64,000 nt of DNA, from NCBI GenBank assembly GCA_043228905.1, contig JBHGNT010000007.1:11656001-11720000 (forward strand). Direction: 5' to 3'. The notes under the pieces were generated by a model. It searched no databases. It was not told where the DNA came from and saw only the letters and a program-made list of their open reading frames with translations. Positions 25,801 through 36,139 of this stretch are shown here, in pieces. The translations under genes and the position numbers were made by a program. Source of the DNA: Azolla caroliniana. Its lineage: Eukaryota; Plantae; Polypodiophyta. Each line of letters starts with the position of its first letter. Position 1 is the stretch's first letter.

Positions 25801-26626
25801 TTTGCTCATCTATTGGCACTTCTTCGTGTGAGTCTACATATGGTGTTAATAATGCTTGCAAAATATCTACCTCAAATAGAGGGATGATTTTCTGATTATC
25901 ATTGAAATACTGACTTTCTTCTTCCTCGTCCAATCCTTCCATCATATTAACTGCTTCTGCATGTACAGGTAAACTCTGTTTGCTTGTTGTCACTTTGTTG
26001 TGCGTCGGAATCCTGACCTTAGTTTTTCCTTTCCTAAATGTTAGCACATTTTGTTTCCAATTTTGTTTAATATTAGCTGTCTTTAACCATGGTCTCCCCA
26101 ATAACAAGGGGTATGCTCCCTGTGTTTCTAACTGCAAAATTACTGCCGAAATCTGAAAACTGTGTCCCCCGATTATTACATCCAGTTGTCGAAGCAAACC
26201 AATCGGGCGTACCGTACTTGTAACTGCCATTCGTAACCAAAACGGACATGCTTCCCATTCCGTGATTTCCAGTTTTTCACATGTAGCTTTGTTAATCACA
26301 TTAACTCCCGAGCCTCCATCTATAATCACATTTCCGATTTCTTGCCCGTAAAGTATTACCTTAATCGACGGATTCTGTTCATCCATGATCGAAGGGTTAT
26401 TACTTGGCTGATTGTAGTGTACTGCTATTTGTTCGGAACCTTTATATGCAATTAAAGCTGCCACTTTTTCTGTAAACCTTGGTACTAACTTAAGTAAGCC
26501 TGTAAGTGGCAATGACACTTGGCAATCAGCCAACAGTTTCCCAGTTTCTTCCTGTTCCTTATTCCCCAATGACTGTTGTACAGCGATGTTCTGGTCAATG
26601 TTATTGTCTTGTAACATTCGATTCAC
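22874..26626 (-). CDS. Pol of element E: protease, RT, RNase H, integrase (no chromodomain)
   Basis: IIDGGSG, WLSPIVVVPKK, FLDGFSGYNQ, FLDDF, VDASDIAIG, WGLDFVGP, SDQGTHF, ESTNK, WTGP; 1250 aa open. Confidence 0.95.
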   Translation of the reverse strand: MNRMLQDNNIDQNIAVQQSLGNKEQEETGKLLADCQVSLPLTGLLKLVPRFTEKVAALIAYKGSEQIAVHYNQPSNNPSIMDEQNPSIKVILYGQEIGNVIIDGGSGVNVINKATCEKLEITEWEACPFWLRMAVTSTVRPIGLLRQLDVIIGGHSFQISAVILQLETQGAYPLLLGRPWLKTANIKQNWKQNVLTFRKGKTKVRIPTHNKVTTSKQSLPVHAEAVNMMEGLDEEEESQYFNDNQKIIPLFEVDILQALLTPYVDSHEEVPIDEQTMKEIRMQQEATDKEMKVSQRVQASALEEIDLAGVEDAERKTVLIARDLAENDKRTLTTLLLQYKDVFAWSFDDMKGLDLAFCQHQINLHKDAKPVQQRRYRLNPNYAIKVKEEIDKLLKVGFIRPVKKSTWLSPIVVVPKKNGKIHVCVDYRKLNAATITDAFPLPFTDGILDAVAGHEMYSFLDGFSGYNQVRMNPEDQEKTAFVTEWGVFVAVVMMFGLKTAPATFQRVIQEIFGEYIPAFMQVFLDDFAVYSRKADHFEHLRLCLEKCRKGRLSLNPAKCAFGVMSGTLLGHIVSQEGIAVDPDKVKAIIEATPPTNAKALSRFLGQIRWHSRMMRYLADIAIPLHTAVHKIPFIWTSIEQDAYECLKKMLTKVPVVQPPDWNKPFHVFVDASDIAIGSALMQLSEPNWYRPVYYASRKLSSAERNYSTTEREALGMIYSVNKFRHYLLGKKFTFHVDHSALLYLVSKQELTGKLARWTLLLQEFEFDIIHRPGAQHAIADYLSRLESGEEAVGVKDDFPDTQLFQVEAVKAQEVNEEKEDEWISEMTIFLSTGIPAEHMSTDERKRIAVRSRNFCLFNDMLYHKGADGIWRRAVRKFEKSAILTESHCGIAGGHYAGEATARKIWNSGLWWPTVMKDANEYCKKCDLCQRMGQPTEKDRMPFQPVLPLEPFQKWGLDFVGPFKPATARTGNRYIIIATDYCTKWVEAKALRDNTAASTAKFLYENIWCRFGCPIELVSDQGTHFINKLINELTNYYAVVHKKSTPYYPQANGLAESTNKTIQTILKKIVNENRTDWDQKLNSALWAYRTSYKTSIKSTPFRMAFGLEAVMPIEFQIPTLRIQATNKLNEIESEEIRKEALLVLEEERIQSMSALEHKQRQIKAFVNRHRRKSEEQFEIGKPVLVFQTRMGLMPRKLRYRWTGPVWIINSKNGTYQLGSLTGEVLPKWVNGFRLKPYLGDMPVNPFIQTEE

Positions 26627-26645
26627 ATTACTTTGATTTGCTTCG

Positions 26646-28358
26646 TCAACCCATTCTTTTGCCTTCTTCCTGAATTTCCCACTCTGATTGTTTGCTTTTG
26701 CTGCGTGTCGTTACTTGCTGAACTTCCGGTATTACCATATTAACTGCTGGACCCTTTCCTTTAACCGGACATTGATTAGCATAATGGCCTAGTTGTCGAC
26801 AAATATAACAAGTGGGTACAAATGTTGCACTGGTCTCTCCATGTGCAAATTGGCCGTTATTAAATTGCTGCTCTTCATTACCACTCGGGTTTTGTTGGTA
26901 TTGACGTGTAGCTTTTGGTTTGTAAAATCTCTTGTTTTTATACCGATTCTGCCTAAATTGTTCAGTATTATCATTTGGTTGTGCTACATTTTGTGTTATC
27001 CCGAACTCCTGATTTGGCGGAAAATTATTCTGTTGAAACATTTGATTATTTTGTGGAACGGTTTGAGTATTATGTTGAAAGGTCATATTACCCGGTTGAA
27101 ATGCCGGATTTGGTTGAAATGTAGAATTCGGTTGCACATTTGGACAGTTCTGTTGAAACCCTTGAAATGGTGGGTTACCTTGTTGGAAACTTTGATTATT
27201 TTGTTGAAAATATTGATTCGGATTCTGTACGAATGGTGGGTTGGATTGAGCAAAACCTGGTTGAAATGCTTGAGTCACTTGAGTGGGTTGCATATTTTGT
27301 TGTGAAAAGATCTGATTTGGCTGTAGAACCGGATTTTGTTGTACATTTTGCTGCTTTTGTGAAAAATTATTATTTTGATAACCATTGAACAGATTAGTGT
27401 TATTTTGGTAACCACTATCAGTAAAAATTTGTCGTACTGACGCCGTAGTCTTATTAAGCAGATTATATTCACATTGTTCTACTGAATGTAATTTTGAATG
27501 ACATATTGTACAATGTGTTCTTAACGTACATTCAATTGCCGAATGCCCCGTATTTAAACAAGTGGTGCATTGAACTGCTTGTCGAAATTGTAACTCCTCT
27601 ATTGTCGGTAATGTACGGTGTAATGCCGACATGTCCATACTCTGAACATTGACCGGTGGTCGACCCATTTCTATTGCTTTATCAATTACTTGTTCGATAG
27701 TCTGATTTCGAAAATCGAACACTTTCAATGTCGTCCTTAATGGTTCTTTTACAGCTTCCAGAAAGACTTCTTTTAATTCATTATCCGGAATCGGCCTTGA
27801 AATCTGAAGCTGTAAGTTCTGAAATCGTATCACAAACTGAGATACTGTTTCATTTTTTTCTTGATATAACGCATAAAATTGCGTAATCAAATCCTTCTGC
27901 GGAATTTGTTGATGAAATAATTGTAAAAATTTACTAGTTAACACTTCAAAGGATGGAAATCCTTGAAGACCGTTCTGCACAAACCAATTGGCAGAATATC
28001 CGTCTAATGATAAGACGAACTCAGCGATTTTTGACTTATCTTCGGCATCTGCCGACAATCGCTGAGCTCCATGGTTAATCTCCCATGTCGTTAAGAAATC
28101 CCTAACATGTGCTTCCGCCTCTGTTCCTTCCCGGAACTTAGAATAAGTATAAGGCATATCGTCCCAAATGTCGTAAAACGATACCTCTTCCGTCTGTTTT
28201 TCGTCTGAAGGTAATTGATCGGATAAGTCAGGAAGTTTCGACCACTTTGTGCTTGATTCCGGCTGTTCTTGCGCAATGAACGCTTCCTGCACTGCCTTCG
28301 TAACTGACCTTGTACGAGGGCGCTTACAACTGACCGGTGTCTCCTCTTTATACGACAT
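26646..28358 (-). CDS. Gag of element E with three CCHC knuckles and a Q/N-rich low-complexity insert
   Basis: QEKNETVSQFVIRF capsid motif; CTTCLNTGHSAIEC, CTICHSKLHSVEQC, CYICRQLGHYANQC. Confidence 0.9.
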   Translation of the reverse strand: MSYKEETPVSCKRPRTRSVTKAVQEAFIAQEQPESSTKWSKLPDLSDQLPSDEKQTEEVSFYDIWDDMPYTYSKFREGTEAEAHVRDFLTTWEINHGAQRLSADAEDKSKIAEFVLSLDGYSANWFVQNGLQGFPSFEVLTSKFLQLFHQQIPQKDLITQFYALYQEKNETVSQFVIRFQNLQLQISRPIPDNELKEVFLEAVKEPLRTTLKVFDFRNQTIEQVIDKAIEMGRPPVNVQSMDMSALHRTLPTIEELQFRQAVQCTTCLNTGHSAIECTLRTHCTICHSKLHSVEQCEYNLLNKTTASVRQIFTDSGYQNNTNLFNGYQNNNFSQKQQNVQQNPVLQPNQIFSQQNMQPTQVTQAFQPGFAQSNPPFVQNPNQYFQQNNQSFQQGNPPFQGFQQNCPNVQPNSTFQPNPAFQPGNMTFQHNTQTVPQNNQMFQQNNFPPNQEFGITQNVAQPNDNTEQFRQNRYKNKRFYKPKATRQYQQNPSGNEEQQFNNGQFAHGETSATFVPTCYICRQLGHYANQCPVKGKGPAVNMVIPEVQQVTTRSKSKQSEWEIQEEGKRMG

Positions 28359-28393
28359 CCATTCGATTTGTTCTCTGCTTAATTGCAGATGTA

Positions 28394-28406
28394 ACCGGGC
28401 GTGCCA
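28394..28406 (-). promoter_or_regulatory. Primer binding site of element E, probably tRNA-Arg
   Basis: TGGCACGCCCGGT on the minus strand, 11 nt downstream of the 5' LTR; resembles the Arg-type PBS of Tat/Ogre elements. Confidence 0.75.
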
Positions 28407-28417
28407 AAATTCTTCTG

Positions 28418-28874
28418 TGTTAATCGGCTAATTACTAACTACTACCGATACAGAAGAGTGAACGTCGCTACTCAACGTTCTAACAAGGAATTGTGTTTTA
28501 CGAATGGAATTATACTATATTAATCGGTAATTACCGTGATCGTTACTTAGTTATAAATTAGGAAGCTTGCACTTAACAACATAGACAATAGAAAGAACAC
28601 AGAATCCGTACAGGATATTCCTAACTTAAACTTATATTACTAAATAAAACGACCCTTCTTACAATGCCTTCGGTTCCCTTTTATAGGTATACCCAAGGTC
28701 TTTTCTCATCAAGAACTATTCCTACCTACTATCAAGAATTACAAAATTATCTAACTAACTTAGTTCTCTTCGTTTACTGCTGAGTCATTGATCCGAACAG
28801 TCGATCCGAACCGACTCCGTTTTCGACGCTTTCCCACTTGTTCGGTAAAACTGACTGTCCGGGTCCCGGTAACA
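28418..28874 (-). repeat. 5' LTR of element E
   Basis: Direct repeat of 19507-19963. Confidence 0.96.
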
Positions 28875-30078
28875 GCGATACACTATCCGACAGGCGTGCG
28901 AGGTGTTACCCATAGGAGTTGTAAGGGGCGGTATAAGGCTAAAACATGATAAAGTGATTGTTGTGTATGTGTAATGTATATGAGTGTGAGTGAGGATGAA
29001 TATATGTATGAACACATGAGGATATTAAAGAAAAGGTAGACGATAGGGAGCCTCATTCTTTTGAAAGGGCAAAAAAGGTGGCAATAATTAAATGGAGAAA
29101 GTGTATGAGAAAGTTTGGGAGGGACATGAGAGAAGATGATGAAGCTATTGAAGGTGTGACGCCATATGTTCACAAGGTACATGAGAAGAGTCATGATGTG
29201 TCTTCATGACGAGAATCTTCTACAAATACCATGGATCTTGGACAACAAGTGGCAAAGATGGTTGAAGAAGTAAGTAAACATTGCATCAACCAAGTTGAAC
29301 TTACAAGGTCTATGCAAGATTCTCAAGTAAAAGGTACTACGTGGCAAAATTCCAATGTGCAATGTTATAATTGTTTTGAAGGAGGGCATATTTCACCAAA
29401 TTGTTTGATCCTAAGCGAGAAGGAGGAGGTATTGCTCCGATTCCAAGAGGAGTGGAAGAGAAAAGGTCACAAAATCAAGTAAATTCTCATGGTATTAATT
29501 CAATTGAATTTAAGAAAATTGATAATGTAAAGGATGCATTAGATCTACAACATGTGGGAAGGTCATCTAATATGGGGATTCATATGACGTTTTAGTGGGA
29601 AAGATAGGTCGTGTAGAGGAGCACAAGGGAGGCTCAAGGATGTGAACTAGGTTGCAAAATCAAGCGAAAGATGGAGCAATATCACAAGGGGAAGAACCTA
29701 GTAAGCATAGGGATAAGAAAGGAAAGAAACCTCAAGAATCAAAGAGGAGGGTAGCTATCAAGGATTATCCATTAGGTTTAGGTTAAAAGTCATATTCATT
29801 GTTGAATGACTTGAAAGAGAGGAAAGTGGATATGACATTTTCCCAAGCACTAGAACTAGTTCCTACGCTACATAGAGAACGGAGGAAGGTGGTGAGTATT
29901 TCTAAGAAGGGTAGATGAGAAACTACTATTATAGGAAGTGCAGATGCTCAAGACATCCCACGAATATATTATAATCATGGAAAAGATTTGTTGCCAGTGC
30001 TAGCAGTTTGGTGTCAAAGGCAAATGGTGGCTCTAGCATATGTAGATGGTGGTGCAGAAGTATGTGTCATAAAGGAGG

Positions 30079-33000
30079 TGTTGAGAGACAAACTCAACAT
30101 TGGGTGCGTAAATGGGTGCGTAACCCAGTGCATTGTATGCAAAATATGGTCGTAGCGGTATGTAAACTGAGAGGCCGTTGGAATGTTATTCCTTGTAAGG
30201 AATAATTTTGGGAGTAAATGTAGGATGCTCATTTATGAGTGGTCAAGCACCATAAGTACTTGTGTCAGCCCAATTGTCAGGGCTTGTATAAAAGGTGCTC
30301 ACTAAGCACGAAGTATGTATAGAGAACATACAGAGAATTATTTTTTGAATATAGTATCGTTTTTAGCTCTCTGTGTCTCTCCCTCTCTCCTTCTATGACT
30401 TCTGTGCTTTATTGAATTGTCGTGCATCCGAACCGTGTACTCTTTGTCTTTTGCATACGCTTCCGCACACATTCTTTTACATGGTATCAGAGTGCGAGGG
30501 TTGAGACTCCTCTGCAGCCGACAAAAAAGCTTGCGATAAAGACAGAGGAATGGGAAGCTCGCTACCGACTGAGAAGCTCGACAGGAGCAACTACGCATCT
30601 TAGTCATACAAGATGCACCAGTACCTGCTTGGTCATTGTTACTGGAGTTATGTCAAAAGAGCTAATGATACAACACCTGAATCAACACATATGAGATTTT
30701 TCGGCTTGGGAACAAGCAGCAAGCAGAGTTCTTTACTGCTTCGCGTCTTGTGTGAGTGACCAGCTCTTGAGCTACATTCAGGATGCTAAGACGCCAAAGG
30801 ACGCGTGGGCGAATCTGAAGGGGATTTTTACCGCAAGCACAACGGCCAAGAAGTTGCAACTCAAGTAGGAGCTTAGCAATGTCTGGCAGAAAGATTTGTC
30901 TGGGCTGATTACACGGCCCAAATCAAGGAGATCTACGACTCTCTTGCCTCCATCAATGTGAATGTCGAGGAGGATGAAATTGTTAGGAAACAGGTCCCTC
31001 CGGATGGGAAGTGAGAAGAACAGTACTGATGAGCAAACTTGGCCGAGGCCGATAGGCCGAGGCCGAAACCGGATGAAGAGTACCCAACTACGGAAGACCC
31101 GGTGAGAACTGGATGAAGAAGACCCGACAAGAGCCGGATGGTGAAGACCCGGTGAGAACCGATTGAAGAGTACCCGACTACGGAAGACCCGGTGAGAACC
31201 GGATGACGAAGACCCGGCTACGGAAGACCCGGTGAGAACCGGACGAGGAGTACCCGGTTAGCACTGGATGATGCAGGCCCGGTGAGGAGTGCTTACCAGA
31301 TGAAGGGACATATTTGTAAATGTGTTTCTGAGAGTCCATCGGGGCTATATGTGTAAATAGCCGAAAAGTCATATTGGTATAAATATGACTTAGGGCAAAC
31401 TGTGTGCGCATGTTGTTGTCATTCTTGTTGGTGCAAGATTAGAACGCGTAACTGTGTACAGAGAGAGAGAGAGAGAGGAAGAGGTTGTTGCCTCTGTTGT
31501 AACCGCCGTCTGTGGCGAAGATAGCAAGCTCGAGGTCATTGCCTCGGTGCTTTACTGTTGTACATTTTGATATAGTGATAGTTTGCAGTCTGTGGGCTGC
31601 CGTGGTTTTTCCCTAGTTTGGGTTTTCCACGCTAACATCCTGTGTACTCCTCTCTCCATTGTGTCGTGCTTTCATTTCCCGTTTTCTATGGATGATTCTA
31701 AGCTCGGTTGTGGCCGAGCGTGGCGCATAGGGAACGTGTAGTTCCTGTCAGAAATGGTGCGGGTTTGTCTTGGAGGTTTAGCATCAAAGTTCGGAGCATT
31801 CCAAATGGCAGTCTACCCAAGGGAGAATATGTCTTTGTTCTTCGAGCTTTAGTCGATGTTGCTTGTGGAGGTAAATCACACGGGTGCATCGACGAGTGCG
31901 CATACCGACGACAAGATGTTGTATATGGAGGAAGACAGGCCCTGTGGTCATGGGGGAGGAGGCGGATCGGAGTGCAGTGGAGGCGGCCGAAAAGAGTAGA
32001 ACGTGCGGGCAGCAGGGGGATTCATAGCGGCACCGGAAGGCGGCAACAGAAGGTTGCAACGGAATGTTGGTACTGTGGCAAGAAAGGCCACAGGGACAAC
32101 GAGTGCTGGAAGAAGAGAGCTGATTCGGACAAAGCAGAATCGAGCGGAAGAGATGTAGGAAGGCGTTACAAATCACACTTTCACGCACCTCAGGTGCTAC
32201 ATCGAAGAGGAAGGCCAAGTTATCGCGCAAGGGCACCGTGAAGGGAGAATGTTCATCCTCGACACCAATCAAGCCGGAATCACGTTGTTCACGAAAGGAT
32301 AGAAGGTCGAGTCAGACATCGACTTGTGGCACAAGCGGTTCAGCCACGTTAACTTCCCACGGCTTCGTGAAATGCAAATGAAGAACACTGTTTTCGGTTT
32401 GCCGAAATTTCGGGGCTGTAATGGCCAAGTCTATGAAGCTTGCCAACTAGGAAAGCAGCACCGACTTGTGTTCCCAAACGAGCGTAATCGGAGTCGAAAT
32501 CCGCACGACTTAATCCATTCAGATGTATGGGGATCGGCATAGAACATGAGTCTCGGTGGAAGCTGTTACTTCGTAATCTTCATCGATGACTTCACTCGGC
32601 ACACTTGGGCGTGCTTGATCGCGAAAAAGAGCGAAGTCTTCGCGTGGTTCCTGAAGGTGAAGAGCCTTGCAGAAAGGGAAACAAGGCGTAAGATCAAGTG
32701 CCTATGGTCTGATAGCGGGAAGGAATACTTCTCCGACCAGTTCACGAGTTATCTATAGGGAATTCGATGTGAATTCTAGTGTAGATATACGCCGGAGCAG
32801 AACGGCGTAGTTGAGTGGAAGAATTGGACAATCGAAGAAGCGGCCAGGGCCATGCTTGAAGAGAAGCATATGCCGAAGTTTTACTGGGCTGAAGCCGTAA
32901 GGACGACTGTTTATTTGTAGAATTGGGCTTCTGCTAATGGAGGAGTGTCGCCACACAAGTTGTATTTCGGAAAGAAGCTGAAGTTGGCACACTTGTGGAT

Positions 33001-36000
33001 TTTCGGCAGCATTGTGTATGTGCATGTTCCGAAGGAGAAGAAGAGGAGGAAGTTGGACACCAAAACGAAGAAGTGTATCTTGGTCAGCTATTCAGACGAA
33101 CAAAAGGGGTATAAGTGCTATAACCCATGACAAAGGAAGTTCGTGTAAGCTGAGATGTCGTATTTGAAGAGAAGAGCCCACTTCGTGGTACTTGCCTTCA
33201 CCTCCAATACCTCATGACTCCATTCCAAACTCTGAAGAAGAGATCAGCGAGGCCGAGCTGCCTACATGTGATGAGGAAATCGGAGTTCGATCTCATTTCG
33301 GCTACGCGGGCCGAATGAGGGGTTGGGCCGAGATAGCCAACCAAATGAAGAATCGACGAGTAGTGGAGACTCGTCCGTGTTGTCCCCACGTAAAGAACTA
33401 AGAAGACGGTTTACACATAAAGGAAAAGGGAAGAAGAAAGTGTTGGAATACGATTTCCGCAGTGCCGAGTCAGATCGGAGCGAATCTGACTTCGGGCCAA
33501 TCGAGAAGCAACCTCCGCGGAAGAGGTCGAAATCGATCGAAAAGGTCGTGAAATCGAGTAATCACGAATTACACCAATCTATCCGCCTGAAGAACCCCGT
33601 AAAAAGATACGGGTACAATGAATACATGGCACACCATTACGTGTACATGACACAAGTGGTGGAAGTGCGTGAGCCGGAGAGCTACGTAGAAGCAGCAGAA
33701 GACACAAACTGGCGTGCCGCAATGGAGGAAGAGATGCACACATTATCAAACAACGAGACTTGGGTCCTGGTTGACGCACCTAAAGGTGTTAAGCCGATCG
33801 GATGTAGATGGGGTTTTAAGGTGAAATACAACACCGACGGCTCGGTAAACTGATATAAGCCCTGGTTGGTTGTGAAAGGCTACGCGCAGAAGCACGACGT
33901 AGATTACAAAGAGACCTTTGCCCCAATCGCGAAGATGACTACCGTGCGAGTTCTGCTAGCCGTAGTTGCGGCAAAGGGGTGGCATCTACATCCGATGGAT
34001 GTAAAGAATGTGTTCTTGCAAGGTGATCTTGAGGAACAAGTGTACATGGTACAACCCCCCGGATTTCTATCTGAACAAAACACTTCAGCAGTTTGCCGAT
34101 TGAAGAAGGCGTTATACAGACTTAAACAAGCCCCGTGAGCTTGGAACGCGAAGATTACGCAGCGGTTGTGTAGCATGGGGTTTACGATGTCCAAATCGGA
34201 CTCTTCATTGTTCATTTGGCAAGGTCGACATGGACCGGTTTGTCTTTTACTTTAGGTTGATGATTTAGTCATCGTCGGTGCCGACCTGGAAGAAATCGGC
34301 CGTGTCAAGTCCCAGCTCGCAGCATCTTTCGAAATGAAGGATCTTGGAGACCTTCATTACTTCCTTGGGATCGACGTGATCCGTACCCCCGAAGGCATAT
34401 TGATTAGTCAATGTCATTACGCGCTGAATATGCTCTTCAAGTTCAGGATGACAGATTGTAAACCCATCATGACCCCTCTAGAAAGAAATGTAAAACTTCG
34501 CCAAGGTTCGGGTACGACGTGCGACCCAATACGGTTCTGACAGATTGTCGGAAGCCTAATTTACTTGACGATTACTCGGTCAGATCTTAGCTACCCTATC
34601 GGAATGATCAGTCAATTTATGTTGCAACCCACAAACGAACACCTTCAGTGTGCGTAAAGGATATTATGATATGTCAGCGACACGAAAGACATGGCGTTGT
34701 TGTATTGTACAGGCGTAGCCGAACAATTAGTTGGCTACGCAGATGCCGATTGGGCCAGAAATGCCCACGATCGTAGATCCACATCTGGATACACATTCTC
34801 ATTGGAAAGTGAGGCGATTGCGTGGAGCAGTAAGAAGCAGTCGAAAATAGCGTTGTCGAGCACAGATGCCAAATATCGAGGGGCGACTATTGCTTTGTGT
34901 GAAGTCATTTGGTTGAAACGGCTATTACGGGATTTGATTGTGGAGGTGTCCGATCCGACGATGATCTATTGTGACAACCTCAACAGCATCCACCTTGCAA
35001 AGAACCCTATCTTCCACACCCGAACCAAGCACATTGAGGTGCACTAACATTTTGTTCGCAAGCATGTCCTTTCTGGTGAAGTAGAATTGGCGTATGTTCC
35101 AATGGGTCGGCAGATTGTCGACATCTTCACCAAGCCCCTTGGTCTCGACAAGTTATGACATTTCTCGGTTGAGCTGGGGTTGCGTCATACCGAACTTGAG
35201 GGGGAGATAGGAACAGGAACAAGAGCGTGCAAGGAGTAGTGACCGTGATGCAAAATCAGATGAAGAATTCAATTTCGGGCCGGCTGAAGAAGCCGAAGAA
35301 GAAAATAGGGTTCGTAATCGCAAGGAAGACCCGAAGACATCTGAACAAAGGGGAAATACAGCCAAGAAGGGCGTAAAGGCCAAGACCAAGACGTGGTTTG
35401 ATGTTGTTAAGGGCCTGAAAACAAAAGGTGAATTGGAGATAGCCAAATCGGGCAGAAGTGGAATTGAATTGGAAGTGACCGATTCAATCGAAATATTCAA
35501 TTCGGACATTACGAATCGACTAAGGAACAAGCGGAGGAAAGGGCAGCGAAAGAGGCGCCAACATCGCGACAACAAGGGAGTTGAGAAGGGCCGCATGAGC
35601 AGACAAGCCGAATGGAAGGGTCGAAGCGCGTGGAATCGAACGGATCGAGGAGCATGAGCGCGGCATGAAGCTAGGAGAGGCCGGTACGAAGATCCGAAAA
35701 AGCATATGGAACATCAAGTTGAGCTTGAGGGTGAGTGTTAAGAGACAAGCTCAATATTGGGTGCGTAAACGAGTGCGTAACCCAGTGTGTAGATTGGGAG
35801 CGTAAAATCGTACGCAAAATATGGTCGTAGCAATTTGTAAACTGAGAGGCCGTTGGAATGTTATTCCTCGATCCTAATAATTTTGGGAGTAAATGTAGGA
35901 TGATCATTTATGAGCGGTCAAGTACTATAAGTACTTGTGCCAGCCCAATTTTCAAGGCTTGTATAAAAGGTGCTCACTGAGCACGAAGTATGTACAGAGA

Positions 36001-36139
36001 ACATATAGGGAATTATTTTTTGAATATAGTTTCATTTTCTGCTCTCTCCGTCTCTCCGTCTCTTCCTCTGTGACTTCTGTGCTTTACCGAACTATCATGC
36101 TTCCGAACAGTGTACTCTGTGTCTTTCGCATACGCTTTA
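30079..36139 (+). mobile_element. Ty1/copia element F (decayed), TSD GGAGG
   Basis: LTRs 30079-30481 and 35736-36139; PBS TGGTATCAGAG at 30482; gag-INT-RT-RH fragments (HSDVWG, VKGYAQ, YADADW, RTKHIEVH); GGAGG at 30074 and 36140; internal deletion removes most of the protease. Confidence 0.92.
30981..31750 (+). mobile_element. Solo LTR (copia family H) inserted in gag of F, TSD GAAAT; U3 contains GACCCGGTGAGAACCGGA-type tandem repeats
   Basis: TGTTAGGAA...TTCCTGTCA termini; GAAAT at 30976 and 31751; F gag reads EEDEM|V across it; related to 62049-62692 and 60930-61475. Confidence 0.92.

Larger units (their letters stand above)
19507..28874 (-). mobile_element. Young full-length non-chromovirus Ty3/gypsy element with extra ORF (element E), TSD GCGAT
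   Basis: 457-bp LTRs at 19507-19963 and 28418-28874 (three differences seen); GCGAT at 19502-19506 and 28875-28879; gag, pol and ORF3 on the minus strand; minus-strand TATA in the LTR. Confidence 0.96.
13434..28892 (+). mobile_element. Tcn1/sushi-like Ty3/gypsy chromovirus (element C), disrupted; hosts elements D and E
   Basis: LTR start TGTCATGATATGGC at 13434 and 18974; PPT AAGGGGGAGA at 18961; gag, pol and chromodomain between them; the 3' LTR resumes after E and probably ends ...CCGACA at 28892; no matching TSD found. Confidence 0.85.

Noticed and set aside
19507-28874. Element E oriented on the plus strand with antisense gag-pol
   Set aside because: A PBS-like motif follows the left LTR, but the LTR TATA box and all ORFs are on the minus strand.
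13429-28897. TSD for element C
   Set aside because: The left flank GTTAT does not match the right flank GGCGT; the two ends may come from different copies, or the right boundary is misplaced.
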